This document shows, in pieces, positions 27,250 through 36,628 of a stretch of 64,000 nucleotides of DNA. The notes under the pieces are model-generated. The model saw only the letters and a list, made by a program, of their open reading frames with translations, was not told the DNA's origin and ran no database searches. A program made the translations under genes and the position numbers. How positions within the stretch are numbered: position 1 is the first letter of the stretch; the number at the start of each line of letters is the position of its first letter. Source of the stretch: Candidatus Multivoradales bacterium. GTDB taxonomy: Bacteria > Acidobacteriota > Thermoanaerobaculia > Multivoradales > J023. The stretch lies in the NCBI GenBank assembly GCA_965248925.1, contig CBDFLE010000006.1:4832001-4896000 (forward strand), read 5' to 3'.

Positions 27250-28938
27250 TCAGGAATCCAGATTCTTCTTCTTTTTCGATTTGCTGGGTTTGCCGATCAG
27301 CAAGGCTTCGCGGGCGTAGGACTCGGCACCGGAGAGTTCGTCCCAGACGCTGATCGCAATCACCTGCTGACCGGCGCGGGTTTGCAGCGCGGTCTGGAAG
27401 TTGATCGTGCCGGCCTGGGTTTGCTCCAACTCGTCGATCGGCACGCTGATCGGATACGGCAGATCGCGAACCGCCGACACCGCGCCGTCCTCACTCTGCA
27501 CGGCGACAAAGATCCGCAACCGCGCTTCGGCAGTAGTTTCAGTGGGCAGGAAGGTGACCGTGCTGGCCGGTATGTTGACCGTCACCGGCAGCAGATAGTT
27601 GCCGCGTCGCTTTTCTGCCGGTGCGAAGGTCAGTGAGACCCTCAGAGGATTCTCATAACGCTCGAGCAGCAGCGACGACAATGTGCGGTCGGCAACCCTC
27701 TCGGTCGGCTTCTTGGCGGTGTAGCTGGTGCGGTGGCGAGCCCGCAGGCCGGGACGTGTGACCTTGACCTCGACCCGATGCACTTGGCCATGGCCGGCTT
27801 CGGTGGCTTGGTAGCCCAAGGAGTAGAAGCTGCCGAAGTCGGCGCTCAGGGTCTCAAGAGCCCCCGCAACGTTGCCCGAACCCAAGAAAGCTCTGCCGCC
27901 GGTGGGCTCGGACATGCCGATCAGCGGTTCTTGTAGGTTTTCGTTGCGGATCGCGTCGATGGTGGTGCGATTTGCGCCGCCGGTTTGGTTGGCCGAGAGT
28001 TCGGACGAAGAGGCCGAGCCCACGGCTCCCCGCGCGTCCAGGGTGTAGAAGGTGATTTGCGCCGCGTTGGCGGCCAAGCTGATGCGCTGAAAGATATTGG
28101 CGCCGGTGTCCCGCAATCTGGCACCGCCGAAAAACTGTTCTTCGAGGTCGGCTCCGGGCTGTTGCTCCAAGCCATCGCTGACGTAGAGCAGAGCCTTGCG
28201 TCCCGGCACCGCCGCCAGTGCGCGGAGCACAGTTTCCAGAGCTTGCACCGACTGCTGCAGCTCGTTACGCACCGTCTGCTTGTACTGCTCCAGGAAGCTG
28301 CGCGCCTGGTCCGGATCGCCATCGAGAAACGCCTGGCTGACCCGGCGTCGCAGAATTCTCTTTTCCATGCCCTTGCGCGAACCGCCGGCGGCGGCTTGGC
28401 GCAGTCGATCCAGGCCGCTGTTAATCAGCTCGGGATCGTTGGTCAGCGGTTGCTCGATGGTCAGGCCGCGGGCGTGACCGACCAGCATCACCCGATCGCC
28501 GGCCTGGGCGCGCTGAGGCAGAAAGGCCTCGAGTTGATGGAGCGCCTTCTGGCGATTCGTCGGGTGGATGTTGATGTGATCGACATAGACCACTAGATTG
28601 AGCCGCCGCTGCTCATCGACCACCGGTTGGCTAGTGGGCTCGGCCGCTAGTTCCTCCGGGGTCCCGGCTGTGGCTGGCGGCGTTGGTTCGATGATTTCGC
28701 TGTAGAAATTTGAGATCTCGACTTGCTTGCCGTCGACCCAGATTTCGAAGTCCTGACGCTGTAGGTCGTTGACCCGCTGGCCGTCGCCATCGGTGACGAA
28801 TACTTCGAGGTTGACCAGATCGACATCCACTCGGTCGACGAAGATATTTCCTGAAGCTTCCTGAGCGGCGCTCGGTAGAGCGAGCCCGAGTAGCAGCAAC
28901 AGCAGAGTCGTGAATTGGCGAAGACGATTGGTAATCAC
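27250..28938 (-). CDS. VWA-domain protein (Acidobacteria-type VWFA-related)
   Basis: Signal peptide; V.VDLVN.EV.VTD..G..V.DL...DF; GRKALLYVSDG; TGGRA; YSLGY. Confidence 0.85.
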   Translation of the reverse strand: MITNRLRQFTTLLLLLLGLALPSAAQEASGNIFVDRVDVDLVNLEVFVTDGDGQRVNDLQRQDFEIWVDGKQVEISNFYSEIIEPTPPATAGTPEELAAEPTSQPVVDEQRRLNLVVYVDHINIHPTNRQKALHQLEAFLPQRAQAGDRVMLVGHARGLTIEQPLTNDPELINSGLDRLRQAAAGGSRKGMEKRILRRRVSQAFLDGDPDQARSFLEQYKQTVRNELQQSVQALETVLRALAAVPGRKALLYVSDGLEQQPGADLEEQFFGGARLRDTGANIFQRISLAANAAQITFYTLDARGAVGSASSSELSANQTGGANRTTIDAIRNENLQEPLIGMSEPTGGRAFLGSGNVAGALETLSADFGSFYSLGYQATEAGHGQVHRVEVKVTRPGLRARHRTSYTAKKPTERVADRTLSSLLLERYENPLRVSLTFAPAEKRRGNYLLPVTVNIPASTVTFLPTETTAEARLRIFVAVQSEDGAVSAVRDLPYPISVPIDELEQTQAGTINFQTALQTRAGQQVIAISVWDELSGAESYAREALLIGKPSKSKKKKNLDS

Positions 28939-29150
28939 GGCAACATCTCCTCGAGAGTCAGACCTGGGCGAAGCAAGACTGGCAGTCTACCAGTGGTGCC
29001 GAGAGAGGGTTCGGGCATGAGGCCGAAGCCTGGCCTGGGCCGGCGAGTAGGCGCTACCATGGGTAGCGACCACCCACACCTGTGGCTGCGTCAAGGCCCC
29101 GCCGGCCTGCTAGCGGAGATTCCTGACCGTCGCCGAGAGGAAGAAGCTAC

Positions 29151-29666
29151 GTGAAACGACCCGAGAACAGCGAATACGAAGCCTACTACCGGCTCTATGT
29201 CGGCCAAGTCCCCGACGGCGACATCCTCGACACCCTGGCCAGCAGCAGCCGGCAGACCGCAGAACTTCTGATCGACCTAGAGGCAGAGCGCAAAGATCAC
29301 CGCTATGCCCCTGGCAAGTGGACCCTAGGTGAAGTGCTAGGCCACATGATCGACACCGAATGGGTATTCGCTTTCCGCGCCCTGGCCATCGCCCGCGGGG
29401 AGACCGCCGATCTGCCGGCGATGGACCAGGATGCCTGGGCCGCGGCCTCGGATCTCGGCGGTCGTACCCTGGTCGGGTTGGCCGACGACTTGGTCGGTGT
29501 TCGCCTGGCCACCCTGTCGCTCTTCGCCAGCTTCGATCCGGCGGTCTACCGGAGCTCTGGCAGGGCGAGCGGCTTTCCCTTCACCGTGCGCACCTTCCCC
29601 TGGATCATCGCTGGGCATGAGATCCACCATCGGCAGGTGATCAAAGAGCGCTACCTGGACGACTAG
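29151..29666 (+). CDS. DinB/YfiT-family protein
   Basis: EY..YY..Y; RYAPGKWT..EV.GH..DTE; GHE.HH metal triad. Confidence 0.9.
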   Translation: MKRPENSEYEAYYRLYVGQVPDGDILDTLASSSRQTAELLIDLEAERKDHRYAPGKWTLGEVLGHMIDTEWVFAFRALAIARGETADLPAMDQDAWAAASDLGGRTLVGLADDLVGVRLATLSLFASFDPAVYRSSGRASGFPFTVRTFPWIIAGHEIHHRQVIKERYLDD

Positions 29667-29752
29667 GGGTTGTAGGTCTGACGTGAATCCTCCCTAAACC
29701 GGAGGATTCGCTCTTACGGAATCTGGATCGTGGCGGAACTGTTAAACCGGTC

Positions 29753-30055
29753 ATGGAAGAAACCGAACTAGAGCTACCGACAGTCAACCCGGTGGGAGTT
29801 CTCGAGCGGCCAGCTGGGGTCGGTGGTGAGCCGCTACCGCGGCCGCTGTGGCTACGATTGCTGGCGTTACTCTTCCTCACCTTCTTTTTCTTCGCCACCG
29901 TACTCAGCTCGATCCTCAGTAGCGGCGCCTACTGCCTGACCTCGGACGGTGGCGATACTCGGGCGCTGCACAGCAGCCCGGTGTATCAGCGATTGGCGGA
30001 GACGACCGAAAAAGGCTCTGGTCGGCCTGCCGAGGATCCCCGGAAACGGCCCTGA
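29753..30055 (+). CDS. Small hypothetical membrane protein
   Basis: One strong TM segment (LLALLFLTFFFFATVL) followed by GAYCLTSD. Confidence 0.5.
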   Translation: MEETELELPTVNPVGVLERPAGVGGEPLPRPLWLRLLALLFLTFFFFATVLSSILSSGAYCLTSDGGDTRALHSSPVYQRLAETTEKGSGRPAEDPRKRP

Positions 30056-30111
30056 CGGCTTGTGGCGAAGAAGGGCTGCTCTGAGCTTGGCGAGACTATT
30101 GCCACAGGTTG

Positions 30112-30561
30112 CTAGCTCTTGGCCAATCGTCGAGTCCCCCAAGCCATCGCCGCCGCCGCCCCCAGCACCAGCAGTGCCCCCGTCGGCACCGACAGGATGA
30201 ATAGCGAAGGATCCCCCTCAGCGGCACCGATCGCCCCCAACAGGAAACCCAAGGGCAGCAGCAGGGCGCCAACGCGCAGCGCCAAGGAGGCACGCTGGCG
30301 CCCCTTGGCGCTGCTTAGGCAGTGTTCGGCGGTGAGGGCGAAGACTACGTTCAAGATGCCGAGCAGGGTGCCGTGGGCATGGGCCAGGGTGCATAGTTCA
30401 CGGCGCAAGTGGAGATCGAAGTAGAAGGGCGCCTTGATCAGGTGGAAGGACTCCAATACCAGGCCGAGCAGCAAGAAGGCGGCAATGGCCGTCCAGCCGA
30501 AGCGCAGGCAACTCTGGCAGGCCGGGTCGAGCGGGGAGTGGGATGGAGCGGTGTTTTTCAT
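30112..30561 (-). CDS. Four-TM membrane protein with HAHG motif
   Basis: Four hydrophobic helices; LAHAHGTLLG; ATGA-coupled to the upstream cytochrome gene. Confidence 0.7.
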   Translation of the reverse strand: MKNTAPSHSPLDPACQSCLRFGWTAIAAFLLLGLVLESFHLIKAPFYFDLHLRRELCTLAHAHGTLLGILNVVFALTAEHCLSSAKGRQRASLALRVGALLLPLGFLLGAIGAAEGDPSLFILSVPTGALLVLGAAAAMAWGTRRLAKS

Positions 30562-31922
30562 TCGCCGATATGAATCCTTTCGGAACGTTGCCGGCCCAGC
30601 GCTCGCCAGTCGCGGATGAGTTCGTTGCGGAAGCTGTGGTCGGCTTGCAAGGCGCTACCGGTAGGCGGGGGTGGTAACCGGGTGTGGTCAAGCTTGGCCC
30701 AGGCCGAGGCCAATTCGCCGAGCTGGCGGTTGCGCTGTTTCTCGGCGGCCATGAAATCAAAGTCGGCGAGCTGACGGTTCCAGTCAGGATCGAAGCCGTT
30801 TTGGCTTAGCTCGAGGGTTAGCGTGCGCAGGCTTTTGTGGGCGAAACGGCGCACCGCTGGGTATTCGTCGGTAAGTGCCAGCAGCAAATGCGGAATCAGA
30901 AAAGCGCGGTTGGACGCTCCTAGGGGGCTGTCCTGGCGGCCGGCCAGGCGGGCGGCGACGGCTCGTTCAACCGGATCGCCGGTGTGCAGGGCAGTGATGC
31001 TCTCGACCGCGGTGGCGGCAATTCCGTCGCGGAGCTCGAGGGCCGGTTGGACGCCACCCCACAGCCGGGCAGTGTGCTCGACCGCCCATTGCCGTGAGCG
31101 GTCGAGATGGCAGGAGGTGGCGCCGCGCATCGCCGGTTCGATCTGGCCGCGGATGTCGCCGCCGTGCATGCTGTGGCAGGAGATGCAGGTCAGGCCCCCA
31201 CCCTTGAAGCAGGCCGACTGCGTCAGCTCTTGGTATTCAAAGGCGGTTAGGCGCGGCGTGCCGTCGTTCCAAAAACGACGGCGGTAGAGATTTGGGTCGA
31301 CGCCATGGGGGATCTGGCTGTCTAGACGCAGCGGTTCGACGTGCGCGGCCAGGCGTTCACCGGCGCGATAGCTGGGGCCTTGGTGTAGGGCTTCCACCAG
31401 TTTGGCCTGGGGTGTGAACAGACGTTGGCCGTGGCATTGGCCGCAGATGTCGGCGCTCGATTGCGGGTCGAGCCGGGCGGGGTTGACGAGGGTCGGATCG
31501 GCGCCGCCTTCGGGCAGCCGCGCCAGGTACTGCTGGTAGAGTCGCAAACCCACCGTGCGCTCGATCAGTAGTCGCGAGCTACCGCCGTTGGGATTTTCGA
31601 TCTCGAAGTAATAGTCTTCTCCTTGCTGTAGCGGTCGCACCGTTATTCCTTGATAGGTCACCGGCTGGCCGTCGAAAGCGCCAACGACGCTGTGGCGGCC
31701 GGCCTGCTGGGTCATGGTGCGGTGAAAGGTGCGCTGCAAACTGGCATGGTGGTCGGGGTGGCAGGAGCGGCAGGTGGTGGAACCAGCCCAAGGGGCGTCG
31801 CGGTGGGCAACGGGAGTCGCCAGGTCGGCCTCAAAGGCGCGCGGGGTTAGCCAAGCAAGGCCAACCATCGCGGCGGCCAGCGGCAGGGCCGAGAGGGCAG
31901 CATATTTCAGCAAGCGGGGCAC
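30558..31922 (-). CDS. Multiheme c-type cytochrome, probably internally deleted or decaying
   Basis: CRSCH, CGQCH, CISCH and a broken ATSCH; N-terminal membrane anchor; C-terminal HEAT-like LTDEYPAVRRFA. Confidence 0.7.
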   Translation of the reverse strand: MPRLLKYAALSALPLAAAMVGLAWLTPRAFEADLATPVAHRDAPWAGSTTCRSCHPDHHASLQRTFHRTMTQQAGRHSVVGAFDGQPVTYQGITVRPLQQGEDYYFEIENPNGGSSRLLIERTVGLRLYQQYLARLPEGGADPTLVNPARLDPQSSADICGQCHGQRLFTPQAKLVEALHQGPSYRAGERLAAHVEPLRLDSQIPHGVDPNLYRRRFWNDGTPRLTAFEYQELTQSACFKGGGLTCISCHSMHGGDIRGQIEPAMRGATSCHLDRSRQWAVEHTARLWGGVQPALELRDGIAATAVESITALHTGDPVERAVAARLAGRQDSPLGASNRAFLIPHLLLALTDEYPAVRRFAHKSLRTLTLELSQNGFDPDWNRQLADFDFMAAEKQRNRQLGELASAWAKLDHTRLPPPPTGSALQADHSFRNELIRDWRALGRQRSERIHIGE

Positions 31923-32069
31923 GGCGCGATTCTATCCGCCGCGGCGAGATGCCGCGGGCTGACCTGTCTGCTAAGCCCCTTGGCGGCCCGCAACAGACTG
32001 TCTGAAGAAATTCGCCGCCGCCGACCCGCCCGGCTGGGCCGGCGGCTCTGTCGCAGAACTAGGAAGAGG

Positions 32070-34439
32070 ATGCAGACGATGTCGATCAGTCCGAGAACGA
32101 GAGTCTTGTGCGCCATGGTGGCGCTCGTCGGCCTGCTGCTGGCCCCGGTCGCTTTTGCCGACCCCCAGACCAGCGCCGAACAAGCCGATAGCGGCCTCTA
32201 CATCATTCGTTTCAGTGAGCAATCACTAGCTATGTACAGCGGCGGTGTTGAGGGCTTGGCAGCCACCAATGCTCGCTCCCTCGGCGCCCGCAAGCTGAAC
32301 GCCCGCAGCCCAGCTAGCTTGGCTTATCTGGACTTCCTCGCCGAGCGGCAAACGGCACACATGGACGCTATCGAACAGAGCATCGGCCGTTCGGTCGAGG
32401 TGCGGCATTTCTACCGGGCGGTGCTCAACGGCGTGGCGGCGCGGATCGACGCCAGCGAGGCTGCGGCGGTGACACAGTTGCCGGGAGTCATCTCGGTGAC
32501 CAAGGATCGGGCCTTTGCTCTGGACACCGACGCTGGCCCTTCCTTCATCGGCGCGCCGGCCATTTGGGATGGCATCGCCACCGCCGGCCTGATGGGCTCA
32601 AAAGGCGAGGGTGTGGTGCTTGGCAGTCTCGACGGCGGCCTCAACCAGATCCATCCCTCCTTCTCCGATAGCCCGTCCGATGCCTACGTCTACACCAACC
32701 CGTTCGGCGCTGGCACCTTCTCGGGCTGGTGCGATCCGGGGAATCCGAATTTCTCGCCAATCTACGCCTGTAACGACAAGCGTGTTGGCGGTTGGGACTA
32801 CGCCGATGCTAGTTGGGGCGATGAAACCGACGGTCCTGGCGACAACGGTGGCCATGGCAGCCACACCGCTTCTACCGCCGCCGGCAACTCCCTCGACAGC
32901 CCGGCGATCTCGGGGGTCGCGCCGCATGCCTCCGTTGTCAACTTCGATGTCTGCGGCCTGGCTGGCTCGTGCTTCACCAGCGACTCGATCGCCGCCACCA
33001 ATCAAGCGGTGATAGACGGCGTCGACGCCATCAACTTTTCGATCGGTGGCGGCGGCTCGCCGTGGAGTGATGCTGATTCGGGCTTTCTCGATGCGGTGAC
33101 CGCGGGCGTCTTCGTCGCCGCTAGCTCGGGCAATGGCGGTCCCGGCGCCGGCTCCACGGGTCACCACGGTCCGTGGGTGATGACGGTTGGTAACTCGACC
33201 CACGATCGGGTCAACAATGAGAATGATCTGGTGAGTATGTCTGGCGGCGGCGCGCCGCCGGCCGACATCGACGGCGCCAGCTTGACCACCGGCTATGGCC
33301 CGGCGCCGGTGGTCTTTGCGGGGGATTTCGCCAATGGCGATGTCGATCCGGAGCAGTGCCTGACCGCGTTTCCTGGTGGTACCTGGAGCAGTGGTGAAAT
33401 CGTGGTCTGCGACCGCGGCGCGATTGCCCGAGTGCTGAAGTGCCAGAACGTGAGTGACGGCGGTGCTGGCGGCTGTATCTTGGCCAACGTCGCCGGTGGC
33501 GCTGCGACGATTGTCGGTGACGCCCATGTGATACCGGCGATCCACGTCCTGGAAGCTGATGGCGATGCCTTGCGCGCTTGGTTGGCGAGCGGTTCAGGGC
33601 ATATGGCGACCATCACCGGTTCGGCGTTGGTCACTGATCCGGCGGTGGGCGACATCATGGCCGGTTCGAGTTCGCGCGGACCCACTAGCATCAACGTTAT
33701 CAAGCCCGATGTCACCAATCCGGGTACGGCGGTGTTTGCGGCGGTCAATGTCGATGCGATCCCTGGTTTCACCGGCCCGCCGTTCGGCTTCCTGTCGGGC
33801 ACCTCGATGTCGAGCCCGCACACCGCTGGCGCGGCGATGTTGTTGATCTCGGTGCACCCGGCCTGGACGCCGATGATGGTCAAGTCGGCCCTGATGATGA
33901 CCGCCGACACCACCGTGTTCAAGGAAAATGGCACCACCGATGCCGATGCCTTCGACTATGGCGCTGGCCGGGTGGATCTGACCCAGGCCGCTGAAACCGG
34001 CTTGGTGATGGACGAGACCGGGGCTAACTTCGTCGCCGCCAACCCGGCGACCGGTGGTGATCCTCGGACATTGAATATCGCCAGCTACCAGGACTCAGCC
34101 TGCGATGGCACTTGCGGCTTCAGCCGGGTGCTGACCAAGACCATCTTCGGCGCCGGAGCCAACTGGACCACCGGTACCACCGATCCGGCGGGGATCAACT
34201 TCACCGCCACGGCGATCGACAATGGGGCCACCATCGATCTGCGAGTGACGATCGACGTCAGCGACGACACGCCAACCGGCTTCCTCTTCGGCGAGGTGCA
34301 GTTGTTCGCCGACGATCTGGCGTTGCCCGATCTGCACTTGCCGGTGGCGATCATTCCCACCGGCGTCTCGACGCTGATCTTCGGAGATGGTTTCGAGTCT
34401 AACGACGTCACCCTGTGGTCGGGGTCGGTCGGTATCTAA
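32070..34439 (+). CDS. S8 subtilase (cucumisin-like) with I9 propeptide and PA domain
   Basis: Catalytic LDGG, HGSHTAST, GTSMSSPH; PA domain IVVCDRG; C-terminal IFGDGFES. Confidence 0.92.
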   Translation: MQTMSISPRTRVLCAMVALVGLLLAPVAFADPQTSAEQADSGLYIIRFSEQSLAMYSGGVEGLAATNARSLGARKLNARSPASLAYLDFLAERQTAHMDAIEQSIGRSVEVRHFYRAVLNGVAARIDASEAAAVTQLPGVISVTKDRAFALDTDAGPSFIGAPAIWDGIATAGLMGSKGEGVVLGSLDGGLNQIHPSFSDSPSDAYVYTNPFGAGTFSGWCDPGNPNFSPIYACNDKRVGGWDYADASWGDETDGPGDNGGHGSHTASTAAGNSLDSPAISGVAPHASVVNFDVCGLAGSCFTSDSIAATNQAVIDGVDAINFSIGGGGSPWSDADSGFLDAVTAGVFVAASSGNGGPGAGSTGHHGPWVMTVGNSTHDRVNNENDLVSMSGGGAPPADIDGASLTTGYGPAPVVFAGDFANGDVDPEQCLTAFPGGTWSSGEIVVCDRGAIARVLKCQNVSDGGAGGCILANVAGGAATIVGDAHVIPAIHVLEADGDALRAWLASGSGHMATITGSALVTDPAVGDIMAGSSSRGPTSINVIKPDVTNPGTAVFAAVNVDAIPGFTGPPFGFLSGTSMSSPHTAGAAMLLISVHPAWTPMMVKSALMMTADTTVFKENGTTDADAFDYGAGRVDLTQAAETGLVMDETGANFVAANPATGGDPRTLNIASYQDSACDGTCGFSRVLTKTIFGAGANWTTGTTDPAGINFTATAIDNGATIDLRVTIDVSDDTPTGFLFGEVQLFADDLALPDLHLPVAIIPTGVSTLIFGDGFESNDVTLWSGSVGI

Positions 34440-34471
34440 GCGGCTGATTTTCGATCCGAGAATTGACCCTG

Positions 34472-34508
34472 ACGCCCCGGCTCGACTCGCTGTCGACCGG
34501 GGCGTTTT
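34472..34508 (+). terminator. Intrinsic terminator
   Basis: ACGCCCCGG-C-TCGAC-loop-GTCGA-CCGGGGCGT followed by TTT. Confidence 0.7.
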
Positions 34509-34530
34509 CGCGTTTGGCGAGCGGCAAACT

Positions 34531-34944
34531 TCAGATCTGTTCGAGCAAGATCCAGCACAGCTCACAGCCCAGCTCACAGCCTTGGCCGCTACCGCGGCAC
34601 GAGCAGGCTCGGCGCCCGCACCTAGTTTCGAGCCCGGCCTCGGTCTCGGTGTCGGAGTTAGTGGCCTGACCGAGTGGCAGGGTGATGCTGCGCGCCAGGC
34701 CCTCGACCTCGAAGTGGACCTCGTCGTCACGCCAGCTCAGGTGGCCAGGCAGGGCTGTGCGGACGAGCGTTTTGGGCACCACACGCGAGGTCTTCCCCTG
34801 GCGTTTGATGAAGGCATGATCGCTGTGGGTGGGGGTAGCCGCTGCCTGGCTCGCGGCGGCTTGTTCTGAGCTTGAACCGGCCAGGGCGGTGCCGACCAGC
34901 AGGCCGCATCCAAGAATCGCCGAGGCTTTGTCAGCTAGTCGCAT
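34531..34944 (-). CDS. Small secreted protein with a 6-Cys C-terminal tail
   Basis: GGAGG RBS; signal peptide ending ALA; tail CGRRACSCRGSGQGCELGCELC. Confidence 0.65.
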   Translation of the reverse strand: MRLADKASAILGCGLLVGTALAGSSSEQAAASQAAATPTHSDHAFIKRQGKTSRVVPKTLVRTALPGHLSWRDDEVHFEVEGLARSITLPLGQATNSDTETEAGLETRCGRRACSCRGSGQGCELGCELCWILLEQI

Positions 34945-35150
34945 GGTTTACCTCCGATCGCAATTGCTAATATTACGATTATTCTATTTTAGAATCAAGC
35001 CAGTTGCGATGATCGACAACCCTAGGTGGACTGAACGTGCCGGCTGAAGCTGTCACCGGGGCAAGGGGAGGGGTTCGATGCTGCCGAGATGAGTTCCAGG
35101 CGATTAATCTGGTGCCAGATACCTTTGCGTCAGCAAGTCTGGCAGGCTTT

Positions 35151-35675
35151 CTAACCCTTGTTGTTGGGGGCGGGCGGTGGCCCGCTGGTCGAAGTCTGGG
35201 TGCAAGTGCCAACACAAGGATTGGCGAAACTTCCTCCCCGGCAGATGAAGCTGGTGCAAGATCCACCGGACCCTGGGGTGCAGCCGGACAGGGTGCAGCC
35301 ACCACCGCCATTGCAACTGAAGCCGCACTGAACCTCCCTCAACTGTAGCTCTCCATCCTCGTCGAAATATTCGTAGCTCCGGGTGGTGACACGACTACAA
35401 CTTGAGCTATCGAGACTGGCGCTGCCACTGGCGGTGAGCTTGCCATCGGCGTCTTCATCATAGTCACGGGTCATCGTTCGTCCCTGCGACTGCGAAATGA
35501 GCTTCACGTCGCCAACCGGGACGAGGGTGTAGGCATCCTCAGCCAGCGACACCGCAACCTCGTCTGCGGTGAGATCCTCGATGCCAATACAAATTGCGGG
35601 ATCTTCCTCGGCTCCGGCAGCTAGAGGGCAGCAGAAGAGCAGAGAAGCAAGGGCTAGGGACGGTAAACGACGCAT
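35151..35675 (-). CDS. Secreted Cys/Gly/Ser-rich protein
   Basis: AGGAGG RBS before ATG 35675; signal peptide ending AGA; C-terminal 8-Cys segment CGFSCNGGGGCTLSGCTPGSGGSCTSFICRGGSFANPCVGTC. Confidence 0.7.
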   Translation of the reverse strand: MRRLPSLALASLLFCCPLAAGAEEDPAICIGIEDLTADEVAVSLAEDAYTLVPVGDVKLISQSQGRTMTRDYDEDADGKLTASGSASLDSSSCSRVTTRSYEYFDEDGELQLREVQCGFSCNGGGGCTLSGCTPGSGGSCTSFICRGGSFANPCVGTCTQTSTSGPPPAPNNKG

Positions 35676-36628
35676 GACAAATCCTCCTGAGGCTAATACT
35701 TTCAACTTCTCTGGATCAACCTACGCTTTCTCTCTGTCTTCGTCAACCGATCAGCGGTAGTCAAGCTCCGCAGCAATCCCTGGTAGCCGTGAGGGTAGGG
35801 CGCCGTGGGGTGGGTCAGAAGTGCTGGGCCTAGAGGAACGCGGGGCAACAAAAAACCCCCGCCCGCGAGGAGTACCCTCACGGGCTGAGCCTCTCGGAGC
35901 AGGCGGCCAAGCCTCGCTCGGGGGGCGCGGAGTTTAGCCATCGCTGGGGGTACCGCTGAAGACCTACATGGAAGACCGTCGGCTGGAGACTGCGGTTGAG
36001 CTATTGCGCCACGAAGATCTGCGGATCAGAGAAATCAGCAAGCTGATGGGCTGTTATTCGAACGTTTCGGTCTTCAGCCGCGCTTTCACGCGCTGGAGCA
36101 ATCTGCAGGCGAAAACACTGCGCCAACAGCTACAAGCCAAGTCGCCACTGCCCAGCGTGCCGACCAGCGAGATGCTGACCCGAGGTTTTTGGTACCCGGC
36201 GATGCTGGGCAAATTGGATGCGGAGCAAGAATATCGATTCTGCCGCCATGTCCAGGCGCTCTACCCCAAGAGCCTCAGCCTTGCCACCGCGGAGTCGAAT
36301 GACAGCTCCGCGCCGCGCCCGGAGCGCGTTGACGGACGCCTGCTTGAGCGCTGTAGGGGCGAAGAGATCTGGCAAGAGATCGCCGATCGACCGCAACAAC
36401 AGCAACGCCAGCGGGTACTGGGGGTGGAGTTGCGTAGCACCGAATTTTTCGACCTCCTGGTCCGCAGGAGCCGCGAGGAAGGCCGCAAAGACCGCCAACG
36501 AGGGGTCGATATCGCCCTCTTGGCCCTCGACACCATCGACGCCAGTTCTGACTTGTTGACCGAGGACCCCGCGGAGTTGCATGCCAGAGGCTGGGCCTGG
36601 GTCCAGAACTCCTGACATACCCTTTTTC

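Noticed and set aside
34531-35675. Lanthipeptide, thiopeptide or sactipeptide RiPP cluster
   Set aside because: The precursors have Sec-type signal peptides, and no LanB/LanM, YcaO or radical-SAM gene is present in the window.
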